The notes under the pieces: model-generated | Told to the model about the DNA's origin: nothing | Databases searched by the model: none | The model's input: only the letters and a program-made list of their open reading frames with translations | Assembly (NCBI GenBank): GCA_963823665.1 | Contig: CAWGMQ010000007.1 | Span: 1,024,001 to 1,088,000, forward strand | DNA: 64,000 bases | Reading direction: 5' to 3' | Source: an uncultured Planctomycetota bacterium | GTDB lineage: Bacteria > Planctomycetota > Planctomycetia > Isosphaerales > Isosphaeraceae | Made by a program: the position numbers and the translations under genes | In this document: one piece after another, positions 53,707 through 64,000 of the stretch | Layout: each line of letters starts with the position of its first letter | How positions within the stretch are numbered: position 1 is the first letter of the stretch

Positions 53707-54049
53707 CTATGGCAATCTAGGCAGCCAGTCTAATCCCCTCGCCCCTCCCTCGAACCATCTCCCACCTTCCCCGACGGGCGCCCTCGCTATACGCATCGCC
53801 GGAGTGCTGCCAGTTCCCGATCGCCGTCGGCCTGATTGACTCGCTCGACCCAATTCGGTGGCACTCGAGCGCGCCAAGCTGCCAAGCGAAGTCACAGATC
53901 CGCATCGGCGACTCATCGCGTGTTTCCCGCAAAACCGCCTCAACTGCGTGATAATCCGCCGGCTTATCGAACAACGGCATGCGCACCACGCCTCGAATCA
54001 AGACGTGGAAAACCATGCCGCTTGAGGCGACCCGTGCTGTTCTCAGCAT
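53707..54049 (-). pseudogene. RAYT-type transposase remnant with internal deletion, copy 2
   Basis: MLRTARVASSGMVFHVLIRGV.RM.LF.KPADY...PMRIC joined directly to the C-terminal part seen at 51794-52070; HUH core absent. Confidence 0.72.
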
Positions 54050-54156
54050 CGACCCAAGCTTCCAATACTGCGGGAAGAGGCTAACGCGTGACCCCACGAA
54101 GTCGAATCGCTGGCGTTAGCCCCGCTGACCTGCGTCCATCAAAAACGTACACAGCT

Positions 54157-54440
54157 CACGAGTGGCGCTTTGCGAACCGCAAGCTATCCGCGCCGCCCCC
54201 TCGGCCGAGGCTTTTGGACGACTCGCAGGTCCTCCCGGCTTCGCCGGGATTCCCAAACGCTTTCGCACCTCCGTACTCGAGAGTCCTCCCTCCGATTCCA
54301 GCCTCACTCGCGACCGCTCCAAGATTGCGCCAAACTTGGGGATGATACTGAGAAGCATGCTGGCACCGTCGTCCTCGTCCGCCTTGGGGATGATACTGAG
54401 AAGCATGCTGGCACCGTCGTCCTCGTCCGCTCGCACAACC
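54157..54440 (-). pseudogene. Second, 5'-truncated copy of the antitoxin-like gene, with a 48-bp tandem duplication
   Basis: Homologous to 50125-50360; ADEDDGASMLLSIIPK repeated (54335-54382, 54383-54430). Confidence 0.7.
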
Positions 54441-54450
54441 GGGTTCGACT

Positions 54451-54927
54451 TTATTGCGGAGTGGCTCTCGATGTAGGCGGAGCCGGCGTTAGAACATCCA
54501 TCGGGGCCACAGCTGTTATCGCTGAATACTGTCGAAAATCTTGCGTGTTGAATGTCAGAAGGTGTGTCAGGCCGTGCACGAACATAGCCGCGACAAAGCG
54601 GGCATCGTGGGCATTCTTGCCGATAATTGGTGTCGAGGCGACGAGAGTTTTCCAGACACCATAAATAGGCTGGGTCTCATCGAGCCAGTGGAATAATCCC
54701 TCAAAGTACGTGATGTCAGCCAGGGCCTCAGCAGCCGTCTTGCCAAGTCCGTTTACGTTTGCTGGTCGAGTAGCTACAACCCAGAATTCATAAAAATTCT
54801 GGGAAACAACGCAAAGGGTGTGGGACTGGCGAATAAGAAGTGCCACCGCATCACGGGCCTGTTGATGCATGGCATGAGGTGGTTCAACGAGCCGTGTCAG
54901 AATGTTAGTGTCGACCAGATAATTCAT
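54451..54927 (-). CDS. PIN-domain (VapC-like) toxin
   Basis: YLVDTNIL, QNFYEFWVVATRP..NGLG, HDARFVAAM..HG..LLTFN..DF. Confidence 0.9.
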   Translation of the reverse strand: MNYLVDTNILTRLVEPPHAMHQQARDAVALLIRQSHTLCVVSQNFYEFWVVATRPANVNGLGKTAAEALADITYFEGLFHWLDETQPIYGVWKTLVASTPIIGKNAHDARFVAAMFVHGLTHLLTFNTQDFRQYSAITAVAPMDVLTPAPPTSRATPQ

Positions 54928-55305
54928 TCGCCGCGACCAGCGTAGATGCTCTCGCGACTGTCATCCATGTTATTAAGTCGTATGGTCTGCGATTCGACCA
55001 ATTCGTTCAAGCGTCTGACCCACTCTTCAGGGTTGCTCTGCAGAGTGCGGGCGGGCAAGCTGAGACCATGCTTCTTTCGGAAGTCTTCCGAAACGTCGTT
55101 AAGTGGTTGGCTCTTTCCGGCAGCCATGTTCTTTAAGCTCTCTTCAATCGCTTGCATAGAGCTCTGCCGTTCCTCCGGCGTCTGATTCTCATCTTCCCAA
55201 CGAGCCAGGGTTCTCGTTAAGCGTCAGCTTGGCTCCGCCCTTTGAGAGCTGCTCGTCGAGGAACTTCTTGAACGCTACAACGTCGTTTGCTCTTTCGGTG
55301 CACAT
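54924..55305 (-). CDS. Putative antitoxin; frameshift near 55212
   Basis: AAGGAG RBS, MCTERANDVVAFKKFLDEQL...; C-terminal DDSRESIYAGRGE; ATGA overlap with the PIN gene. Confidence 0.7.
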
Positions 55306-55372
55306 CGTGGGACGCTCCTTTTGCTACTTTTGAGCATATCACCAACCAGAGCAGGTCGTCAAAATCACCCCG

Positions 55373-55521
55373 GCGTTCTGAGGAGCCATTTCGGTTTCCC
55401 TGGGCATTTCCTCCCTGAGTCGGCTCAAGGCCTCGCGGATCACATCGTCCTGGGACGCGTAGCGGCCGGTCAGCACGGCATTGAGCACAAATTGCTCGAG
55501 TTCTTTTGATAAATGTATCGG
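55373..55521 (-). pseudogene. Truncated duplicate of the RHH antitoxin at 51241-51582
   Basis: PIHLSKELEQFVLNAVLTGRYASQDDVIREALSRL..EMPRETEMAPQNA; start codon and C-half lost. Confidence 0.75.
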
Positions 55522-55625
55522 GCTTCGGGTGTTCGCGCAGGGTAATGGCCAGCAGCGCGGCCTGGCGGCACACCTCGCAATTTCCCTCGCTGATCCCAGC
55601 AACGAACCCGGCTCGCTCGATCACT

Positions 55626-55968
55626 TCACGCCGGATCCGCCTGCATGGCGGCCAGTTCGTTGCCACTCGGATCGAGAAAATGGAAGCGGCGGCCGCCGGG
55701 AAAACTGAAGATCGCTTTGGTGACAGCCGCACCAGCCGCAGTGACAGCCGCAAGCGTCGCCTCCAAATCCGCAAACCTCGATCACGGGTAAAGGCGCCTT
55801 GGTCGCCTCCGCCGGGTCCGCCTGTAGACCAAGATCAACGTCCCCCGACATCGTGCACGCATAAGTCGGCCCGAAGCCGGTCATGCGCATGCCAAAAACA
55901 CGCTCGAAAAAGACCTGGCTCGCCGCGAGGTCCCGCGTCGGTAACTCGATGAAATTGGGTCTGGCCAT
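55626..55968 (-). CDS. VOC/glyoxalase family protein; frameshift near 55773
   Basis: PNFIELP..DL....FF..VFG; other frame DLEATLAAV..AG..VTKAIFSFPGGRRFHFLDPSGNELA. Confidence 0.85.
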
Positions 55969-56358
55969 GACCGCCCTCGGTGGTTTGATGTCGTCGCGCG
56001 GATGACGCTGATACTTTTTCTATCACCGTTGCAGGCGTCAAGCAAGGTTGGTCGTAGGCGGAACATTCTGCCGTCAGCTCTAGGAAACGGGCACGGACTC
56101 TTGCGTGGTGTCTGATATAATCGCGAATTGTCGGGGTCATCGGGCCGAAGGGTTCGCGCCTGAGAAAGTATCACGGCGTGCGCAGCCGATACCTTCATCA
56201 AAGAGCTTGACACAGAAGATCACTTCCGCTCGAGCGATCAAAATCGACGGCAGGCGGTCACGAACTGGTACATCGTCTACGGCGACGACCTGGGACTCTC
56301 CTTGAACTCAGCCGGCAGTGACAGCCCTTGACGATCCTGAATCCCCGTGGCCCACGCC

Positions 56359-58025
56359 TCATGCGACGACCGCCGGTGCATTGAACCGCGCGGCCCGGAC
56401 GCGCGGCCCGTTCAGGAAGCGACCCAGCCAGGTGTAGCGCACGACAGTCTGGTACGTCCACAATAGGAACCCGGTCACGACCGCGACGATGAGCAGGAAC
56501 TTCACGTTCGTCGGCAGCGGCCAGTCCCGCACCCCGTACTGGACCGCGATGACCAGCGGCAGGTGCGCGAGGTAGAGCCAGTAGGCCGAATCCGACAGGT
56601 ATCGCATCGCCGGGCTCTCGGCCGGGCAGAACCGCCGGAACAACCCCATGAGGCCGAACGTCATGAGCCAGGGATACGCCGCCTGCAACAAGACGGAGAG
56701 AACCCGGCGCGCCTGCGAGTCGGGCCCGAGCCCGACGCCCAGAGATCCGAGCCACCCCTCTTTGACGCCCATCGCCACCGGAAAGACGACGAGGATCGCG
56801 ATCGTAAGGGGGAGCCACCACCGCCCGCCGACGCGACCCGACCGGTCATCGAAGCCGTAATAGAGCGCCCCGAAGCCGAAGAAGATCGCGTAAAACGCCA
56901 GGATGTGGGGGATCGGCAGGAGGCCGGCCGAGCCTTCAGGACCGAAGATCGGGGAGTCGACGGTTACCATGAACCTCGCGGGAATCATCGTCAGGGGCAC
57001 CAGCCAGAGGTAGCGGGCGGGCGAGAGGACCAGCCACGCGGGCAGCCGGATCGCCGGCAATCGCGCGCCCAGGGCGGAGACCGCCGCCAGCCCCAGCACC
57101 AGCCACCAGAGGAACCACAGGAACCAGAGGTGATTAAAAAGAGGTATCTGCATGAGCATGTCGGCCACGCCCGCCCTCCGCCCCGCCGTCGCGCCCCGCC
57201 CGCGCAGGTACTCCGCGATCGCGGCCCTGCGGCTCGCCAGCCCGTCATCGAGCTCGATCTGAACCATTGACGCGATGAAACGTGCCGTCCCCTCGTCAAC
57301 GGTCGCCGCCCCCAGCGGCGTCTCGCCGCGGTTGTTCGCCGCGTTGACGTCCGCGCCGTTCTGAACGAGCACGTAGACGGCCTTCTCGTGGCCGAGAAGG
57401 GCCGCCGAATGCAGAGGCGAGCTGCGGTCCCCTTCGATCGCGTTGACGTCCGCGCCATGACGGATGAGCAGCTCGACGACCTCCGCGCGACCCGCCAGCG
57501 CCGCCCGTTGCAACGGCGTTGACCGATATTTGCCGCCCCGGCCGTTGACGTCCGCACCGTCCGCGAGGAGCCGCTCAACGGCGCCGACGTCTCCCGCGGC
57601 CGCCGCCTCCCATATGTCCGGCGCCCCCCCGCCGGCGCGACACTTGCCGCCTTCCCGGGGCCGGAGGACATCGCGACAGAGGAGATCCAGAACGTAGCCG
57701 GGACAATGGTCACCATCCCCAGCAGTAACGGGAGGAACACCCGGAAGAACCGATGCTTGACCAGCGACCAGCGGCCCCGCCGGTCCAGCAGCATCGCGCT
57801 GAAGAAGCCGCTCATGACGAAGAAAATCGGCATCCGGAAGCCGTGGATAGCCGAGAAGACGAACCCCAGGGCAGGATTCTGCTGGCGATCCGTGACGACC
57901 CACGCGACCGGAAAGAAAGACATGGAGGCGTGCAGTGCAATCCCTAGTAGCATGGCGACGGCCCGCAGGGCATCCAGGTCGGATCGTCGGGCAAAGGCCG
58001 GATCCGCGATCCTAGGGGAAGACAT
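56359..58025 (-). CDS. Acyltransferase family 3 (OpgC/MdoC-like) with inserted ankyrin repeats; frameshift near 57640
   Basis: RRSDLDALRAVAMLLG..H, HGFRMPIFFVMSGFF, R..RVFLP; GADVN/TPL ankyrin repeats; HLWFLWFL, YLSDSAYWLYLAHLP. Confidence 0.85.
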
Positions 58026-58350
58026 CGTTGCGAAACCTCCCACAGCTCTTCACGATTCGCGATCAAGTCACAGAACTGGACAAAAATCGCCTATTGTTCC
58101 CTTGTTCTATTACAATAGTACAAGTCGGCAAAAGGGATGTCAACCGTCGGTGCCAGAGAATTTACGAGCGAGATCTCGGTTGAGCCGACCATCCGCGAGC
58201 TCGACCAAGTGATCTCGCGTTGACCCTTTCTTTGCTTATCAATATCCTTCCAAAGCTGAATTGTTGCGCGCGAGCGAATTAAAGCGCCGTGGACGGGAGA
58301 ATTGAGTCCTAACGGAGGAAACCTCACATGCGCACGGCAACTTTCGCAAG

Positions 58351-58977
58351 GTGCGCCTTCCGGTATTCCTGGGCATCCTGATCATCGGATGTGTTCCGCG
58401 CGCTCAAGCCGCTCCGCTCTACTCGGTTGTCGACCTGGGGCTTCAGTCGGCGAATCCTGTGGTTCCAGACACGCTTCTCGATCCGAGATTGACCAACGCT
58501 GCCGGCGACTCTGTCTCAACGATTCCGATTTCTGCGCAACCGGCTTCGAATGGCACGCCGGTTTCGCTTGGGCCAACGGGCTTCTATGCCGAGTTCGTAC
58601 CGCACAACGGGACCGCGCTGCAAATAGGGCTGCAAGGCTCCGATTTCACCAATAGCGCAGCGGCTGCCATTAACGATTCCGACCAGGCGGTCGGCGAGTC
58701 GTGGAGCACGGCTGGAATCTCGCACGCGTTCGTCTTCACTGGCGGACAGACCATTGATCTGAACAATTTGATTCCCTCCGTACCCTCGTGGACGGTCACC
58801 AGTGCAGTCAGCATTGACGATCAGGGTCGGATCCTGGCGGACGCGACAAGTGGCGGCGTAAGTCATATGGTTATGCTCGTCCCTGACGCCGTGCCTGAGC
58901 CCTCGATGATGGTAATCGGGCTGTTTCTGCTTGGTGGCGCCGGGATCTGCATGGCACGGCGCAAGCTTGCCCCCTGA
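58351..58977 (+). CDS. PEP-CTERM protein with HAF-like extracellular repeat (true start probably ATG 58328, frameshifted)
   Basis: AQAAPLYSVVDLG, AINDSDQAVG, SHAFV, DLNNLIP, VPEPS + TM + RRK; GGAGGA precedes 58328. Confidence 0.85.
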   Translation: MRLPVFLGILIIGCVPRAQAAPLYSVVDLGLQSANPVVPDTLLDPRLTNAAGDSVSTIPISAQPASNGTPVSLGPTGFYAEFVPHNGTALQIGLQGSDFTNSAAAAINDSDQAVGESWSTAGISHAFVFTGGQTIDLNNLIPSVPSWTVTSAVSIDDQGRILADATSGGVSHMVMLVPDAVPEPSMMVIGLFLLGGAGICMARRKLAP

Positions 58978-58982
58978 CCGCC

Positions 58983-61900
58983 TCACGGCGCGAACGGGTC
59001 CGTCGGCATCTCAAGGTCCATTATCAGGCGCTGGAAGTCGGGGCGTTTGCGGAGCGGATCCAAGGCAGATTCATTCCGGAATCGGTTCGGGTTGCGTTGC
59101 CCGAGCGCGACGGCCCGGCGCAACCAGCTCATGGCGTTGTCCCCAAGGACCTTGCCCTCCGCGGCCGAGAACCCCAGAGCCTGGCTGGCCCGCGAGCCCG
59201 CACAGGGCGGCGGGAGCGGCGGCCCGATAAAAACATTTTTCTGGTTCCATGATGGAGTCGAGCCCCTCATAGAGAGCGATGCCCCGCCTCCAGTCGGCCG
59301 CTGCGCCGGCTATGTTTCCCGACCGGAGCAATGCCAGCCCTCGCCAGGAGTAAGTCTCAGCGCGAGACAGACGGTAAGCCAGGGAATCCGGATGTTCCTT
59401 CACGAGCTGTTCACGCAGCGCCACCGCTCGGTCCGCACACTGAAGAGCCTCCTTCGTCTTTCCCGTTCGATCCAATAGATCGATCAGGTTCTCAAGACAG
59501 TTCGCGATGTAGCTGCGGTGGTCCGGGACGCTCGGATTGTCGTCCGCCAGCTTTTGTCGAAGGGCCAATTCCTTGCGGAACTCCGCTTCTGCGTCCACGA
59601 ACCTGCCCAGAGCATTCAGCAGATTGCCGAATGATAAGTGGATCTCTGCCTTGTTGCTGCGGAATTCGGTGACGGCGGGGTTGTCGTCGACCAGCTTCTG
59701 CTGGATTGCCAGCGCCTTGCGGTACTCGCTCTCCGCCTCCGATTGCCTGCCGTTCGTCCAAACTAGCCAGCCAAGTTGGTCGTGGCTGGTTGCCAGTTCA
59801 CTCCAAAAATCGGTGACGGCGGGGTTGTCGTCGGCCAGGTTCTGCTGGATTGCCAGCGCCTTGCGGAACTCGAGCTCCGCTGCCGATTTTTTGCCCATGT
59901 TGCTTAGCGTCATGCCACCACGTCGGATCGTGATCGCCAGGTCCCGCCGGGACTCGACCCCCGCCCCGGGCATGGCGATGAGCGCCTCCTGGTCCGCGCG
60001 CGCAGCGCGAAGACCGACAGCGCTTCGTCATAACGCCTCGCGTTATACAGCAGCCAGCCCAGACCCGCCCGGCACTAGGCACGGGCAGCCCGTACGGCGG
60101 CGGTCTCCGCGAACCGTGGCGGCAACCCGACCAGCAGGGCCTCGGCCTTGTGATAGGTTTCCTCCGCCTCCTTGATTCTTCCAGTGTTCTGAAGCACGGA
60201 AGCCACGGCCCTCAGGCTCCGCCCCACGTCCGCTTTGATGTCAGGATCGGACGGCCTTTCGACCGCCAGCACCTCGCGGGCGGCGAGGACCTGACGGTGC
60301 GCTGCTAATGCATCTTCCGGTTTTCCAACCTTGCCCGTCAGATCGGCCACCTCGAAGTTCGACTGCCACAATGCCCGACGCGACGCCAGGTCCGATTCCT
60401 TGCCCAATAGCGCACCCAGCTTGCCATAGAAGTCGCTCGCCGATTTCAAGAGCCGGTCGCGGACCGCCTTGAACTGCTCCTCCTTGAGCAAGAAGTCTTC
60501 GCTCACCCCCGTGTGAAATGTCTTGATCGCCTCGACCGCCAGTTCGTACCGGGCCTCAACCGCCGCCTGCGAGCGGGTCAATTCCGCGTTGGATTCGGCC
60601 AGCGCGGCGTTGGCGCGCGTCTCGCTAGCCAGCGACCGCGCGATGTCAGCCTTCGCCCGGGTCTGCACCGCCAGCACCGCCGACAGCCCGACCACGCCCG
60701 CCACGAGCGCCACCGCCGCGGCCGTCACGGCCGTCCGGTTCCGCTTTGCCCACCGCCGAGCCCGGCGAGAGAACGGCTCGCGCCAGGCCGTCACCGGCTC
60801 ATCCGCCATCCACCGCTCCAGGTCGTCGGCCAGTGCCCGGGGCGTCGTGTAGCGATCCTCGATCTGCCTGGCCATCGCCTACAGACAGATTGCCACAAGG
60901 GCCCCCTCGAGCGAGGGATCGACCAGCGACGGGCGCCGGAATTTGCCCTCCGCTACGGCTCGTAAAACCTCACCAACGCCTTCGCCCTCGAACGGCGGCT
61001 TGCCGGTCAGCAGGCAGTACAGCGTCGCGCCCAGGCTGTACACATCCGATCGCGGCCCCAGGCGATCCAGCTCCCCGCGCGACTGCTCCGGGCTCATGTA
61101 CGACGGCGTTCCGAGCGCACTGCCGGGCAAGGTCTCCGATGAGCCGCTCGACGACGGCGCGATGGTGTGCTCGCCCGTCGACGGATCAGCCCTGCCTACG
61201 GCCTTGGCCAGTCCCCAATCCACCACCAGCGTCTCGCCATGCTTGCCCACGATGATGTTCGCCGGCTTGATATCGCGATGAAGCACACCGCGCGAGTGGG
61301 CGTAATCGATCGCATTGCACACATCCGTGAACCGCCGCAAGAGTTTCCGCAATTCAATCGACCGGCGCCCGGGATCAGTCCGCAATGTCTCGTCCTCATG
61401 AAACCGCGCGATCGCCTCCTTCAGCGAATCCCCCTTGATAAACCTCATCGCGTAGTAAGGCCGCCCGAAGGAATCGGTGCCCAGGCCGTAGACCGGGACA
61501 ATGCCCGGGTGTTCCAGTCCGCCGGTGATTTCGGCCTCGGCAACGAACCGCTCGCGGCTGATCGGATCATCGGCATGCCGCTCGAGGATCTGCTTGAGTG
61601 CGACTTCGCGGTGCAATTCGCTGTCGAGCGCCACGAACACCGCGCCCAGCCCGCCCCGCGCGTGCGGCCGCAGGATGCGAAACCGCTGACCGTCGGAGGT
61701 CGCCGAGCCGACGGCCATGCTCGCGGTACGATCTTGGTCGTCGTCATTGTCGACCTGCGTCGCCGGATGCGCGGTGCCGACGCGGCCCAACGTGGCAGTC
61801 ACGTCAGGACTTCCCGCTTCGGCCAGGCTGGCTCGAGTCAACCGGCCCGCCCGATCGGCGGCCAGGCTTTTTTCGATGTCGCCACCGTGCGCCTGGACAT

Positions 61901-62102
61901 GCAGTCCGGCCATGGCGTCAACAACAGCTCTGCGTGTGGCATCCAGATGCCCGAGTGCGACGAGGTGATCAGCAAGTAATCGACTCTTGTCACGCGTCCA
62001 GGCGGCGAAGGCCGCGAACAAGGCCCCTTGATCGATCAGGCCGTTTTGAAGCGCGAGCAGGCCAAAGAGCAAGTCGCGCGAAGGGTCGATCGGTTTGGGC
62101 AC
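58983..62102 (-). CDS. Ser/Thr protein kinase with TM and TPR repeats; several frameshifts
   Basis: LLFGLLALQNG, HARGGLGAV, VALK, HRDIKPAN, DWGLA, GTPSYMSPE; WARRNR-like motif plus TM; TPR repeats KLADDNP.V..R; end LRKRPDFQRLIMDL.MP.DPF. Confidence 0.82.
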
Positions 62103-62190
62103 GGTTTTGACTCCTCGATCGAGGGCAGGACGGCGCCGCGACGGAGCGGCCGGGACGGTCGCTGTCGATTCTAGGCACAGGACGGGGTCA

Positions 62191-62325
62191 GGCTCAACGG
62201 AGCGGATCGCGGGTCAGCCGTCCGCGACCGAATCCGTTCGAATCGCCAGCGAGGCGGCAGGTGCCGTCATCGCCGGGCGTTACAAGCTGCTCCAGCAAAT
62301 CGGCGAAGGGGGTATCGGCTCTGTG
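62191..62325 (+). pseudogene. Fragment of a kinase N-terminus
   Basis: GAVIAGRYKLLQQIGEGGIGSV, then homology stops; bounds approximate. Confidence 0.6.
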
Positions 62326-62401
62326 ACGAGCTCCGCAAGCTTGCCTCGGCCAAGCTGGCGTCCGAATAGCCAGGCCAGACGCTCGACGCCGCTTCGCTGG
62401 T

Positions 62402-63157
62402 TCAGGCCTTCGGCGTCATGTAAAGCCAGTCATTGCCGGGCGGGCGCTCGTCCAGGACACCGCGATAGCTACGACCCAGGAATGACGGCACCGGAAACGG
62501 GAAATCCTCCAGCGTGCGGGGCTTCACCGGGATATGCTCGACGTCGTGCGTGCTCGAGAACCGCTGCCGGATAAGGTCCGTCACGCCCGGGACAAACATG
62601 TCGTGGACCTCCAGTAGGATGGACACGGAAATCAGCTCAGGGACCTTCGCCGGGTCGAGGAGTTCCTTCTCCCCACCATCGATGTCCATGATGAGAAAAG
62701 TCCGCACCGGCTCCTGAAGTGCGTCGCGGAGGCCGGCTGGTTCGCAAAACTCGCGCACCCCGATGCGCCCCTGCACTCCATTGGCTTCCGCCATCCGACC
62801 GATTTGCTCGCGCCACTCGGGGCTCTTCTCGAAGGCAATGACCCGAAGGTCAGGTCGCAGCATCGCCAACCCGACCACGTAGTACCCCTGGGCGGCGCCC
62901 ACATCGATGACGCTGCTGTATCGGCCACCCGTGAGTACCTCACTCAAAGCCGGGCGGACTTCCAGCTCATACGTCCCCAGGAGCATGTTGTAATCGACGA
63001 AGTCGTCGCGGTGGTTCAGGTACCGCATCCCCCGGAACGGACCGCTCATCACCACACCACCCGACTTCCGTATGACGTCCCTCCGGGCGATCGCACCGGG
63101 GCGCAAAGGGCGTGGGACAAGGCGTCGGACCAACCCTCGTAAGTTTTCACTGGCCAT
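62402..63157 (-). CDS. SAM-dependent methyltransferase, FkbM-like
   Basis: GPFRGMRY, LGTYE, IDVGAAQGYY, IAFE, IMDIDGGE, LLEVH. Confidence 0.85.
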   Translation of the reverse strand: MASENLRGLVRRLVPRPLRPGAIARRDVIRKSGGVVMSGPFRGMRYLNHRDDFVDYNMLLGTYELEVRPALSEVLTGGRYSSVIDVGAAQGYYVVGLAMLRPDLRVIAFEKSPEWREQIGRMAEANGVQGRIGVREFCEPAGLRDALQEPVRTFLIMDIDGGEKELLDPAKVPELISVSILLEVHDMFVPGVTDLIRQRFSSTHDVEHIPVKPRTLEDFPFPVPSFLGRSYRGVLDERPPGNDWLYMTPKA

Positions 63158-63448
63158 TAAGCTTTTACCGTTCCTTCCGCGAGTTCGTGGGCGTGGCGAC
63201 GACCCGCCCTTCGAGCCGCCGTTGGCTCCTGGATCTTCCCAGCCTCTTGGCGATCATGGACATGTGAGCCTTGGTCCAACCAGCATCTGACCGCATGAAG
63301 TGCATTTTATTATAGACGCTCGAATGAGGAAAGCAGAGCCCAAGGACACGCCTCGCGATTTCCGCCTGGAGGCAGCCGGTTCGGTTAACGAGGCTCAGAC
63401 TGAGGTCATCACCCAGTTCTCGTCTCGATTCTCTCCCACGTGCGCAAA

Positions 63449-63498
63449 CCGGTGTCACGTCCGATTCCGGCCGCGGCCGAGCTCTGACGTGACACCGG
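63449..63498. repeat. Inverted repeat CCGGTGTCACGTC...GACGTGACACCGG downstream of amt
   Basis: 13-bp perfect arms; no U-tract. Confidence 0.6.
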
Positions 63499-63642
63499 CT
63501 CTGATTTCGCACGAGCTGTCCCCCCGCACGGAAGGCCGAGGTCGACTGGCTCAGCTTTGTCTCAGCTCAGGGTCATCGCCAACGTCCAGCCGATTCCGTC
63601 GTTGCTCCCAGCCTTCTCACGCCCCTCGCGGATACCTGAATC

Positions 63643-64000
63643 TCACGAGATGCCGACTGTCACCGGCGCCGGCGAGGCAACGGCTCCATTGCTCCTGCCG
63701 TTCGCGTGCGCTCCGCCAACCTGAGCGGCAGCCAGTGCCGACTCCCCATGCTGGCTCAAGTCCAGCCCGAGCGCCTCCTGCTCGGTCGACACCCGCAGCG
63801 GGATCACCCAGTCGGTGATCTTGTACAGAATCCACGACCCGCCAAACGCGAAAACCGCGACGATCACTAGGGCCAACAGGTGATACAGGAATGTTCCAAA
63901 TCTCCCCGAGGTCAGGCCGACATCCCTCGCAAACACCCCCGTGAGCACCATCCCCGTCATTCCCCCCACGCCGTGACACGGGAATACATCAAGCGTGTCG
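63643..64000 (-). CDS. amt: Ammonium transporter, C-terminal part (truncated by window)
   Basis: DTLDVFPCHGVGGMTGMVLTGVFA, LRVS.EQE..GLD.SQHGE. Confidence 0.92.
   Translation of the reverse strand, partial: DTLDVFPCHGVGGMTGMVLTGVFARDVGLTSGRFGTFLYHLLALVIVAVFAFGGSWILYKITDWVIPLRVSTEQEALGLDLSQHGESALAAAQVGGAHANGRSNGAVASPAPVTVGIS

Noticed and set aside
54079..54121. GGCTAAC...GTTAGCC hairpin (also about 50050-50090) as an integron attC site
   Set aside because: About 42 bp is shorter than typical attC sites, no L boxes are evident and no integron integrase is in the window; more likely a REP or terminator hairpin.
4700..62100. Widespread frameshifts as programmed frameshifting or mass pseudogenisation
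   Set aside because: They hit housekeeping genes such as hisA, are single-base, and leave both halves conserved, which fits uncorrected long-read indels. Short-read polishing would settle it.

Overview
High-GC bacterial window whose gene content (WD40/TPR Ser/Thr kinases, DUF1559 prepilin-like remnant, ECF sigma factors, PEP-CTERM protein) points by inference to Planctomycetota, probably Isosphaeraceae. 1-31 kb is mostly core or lineage-typical genes: kinases, penicillin acylase, htpG, aminotransferase, M16 peptidase, Rrf2 regulator, hisA, an EF-G paralogue and several Gly/Cys/His/Tyr-rich secreted proteins. Many genes carry single-base frameshifts that look like long-read indel errors. After the EF-G gene comes an accessory region (about 31-56 kb) with: a 3.7 kb stretch lacking recognisable genes but containing nested degenerate repeats; a candidate Tse2-like toxin/immunity pair; two 1565-bp IS4-family (IS50-like) elements inserted at the identical position of a REP-like hairpin and bracketing an ECF/anti-sigma pair; a candidate defence locus (FRG protein + TIM-barrel-like protein converging on a wHTH-inserted PD-(D/E)XK nuclease-like gene, next to a SEFIR-NB-ARC-TPR protein); and a cluster of intact and decayed PIN toxin-antitoxin modules and RAYT remnants. 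The best candidate for an undescribed system is the FRG/TIM-barrel/nuclease module at 43146-45827. All family calls come from motif recognition by eye; no database searches were run.
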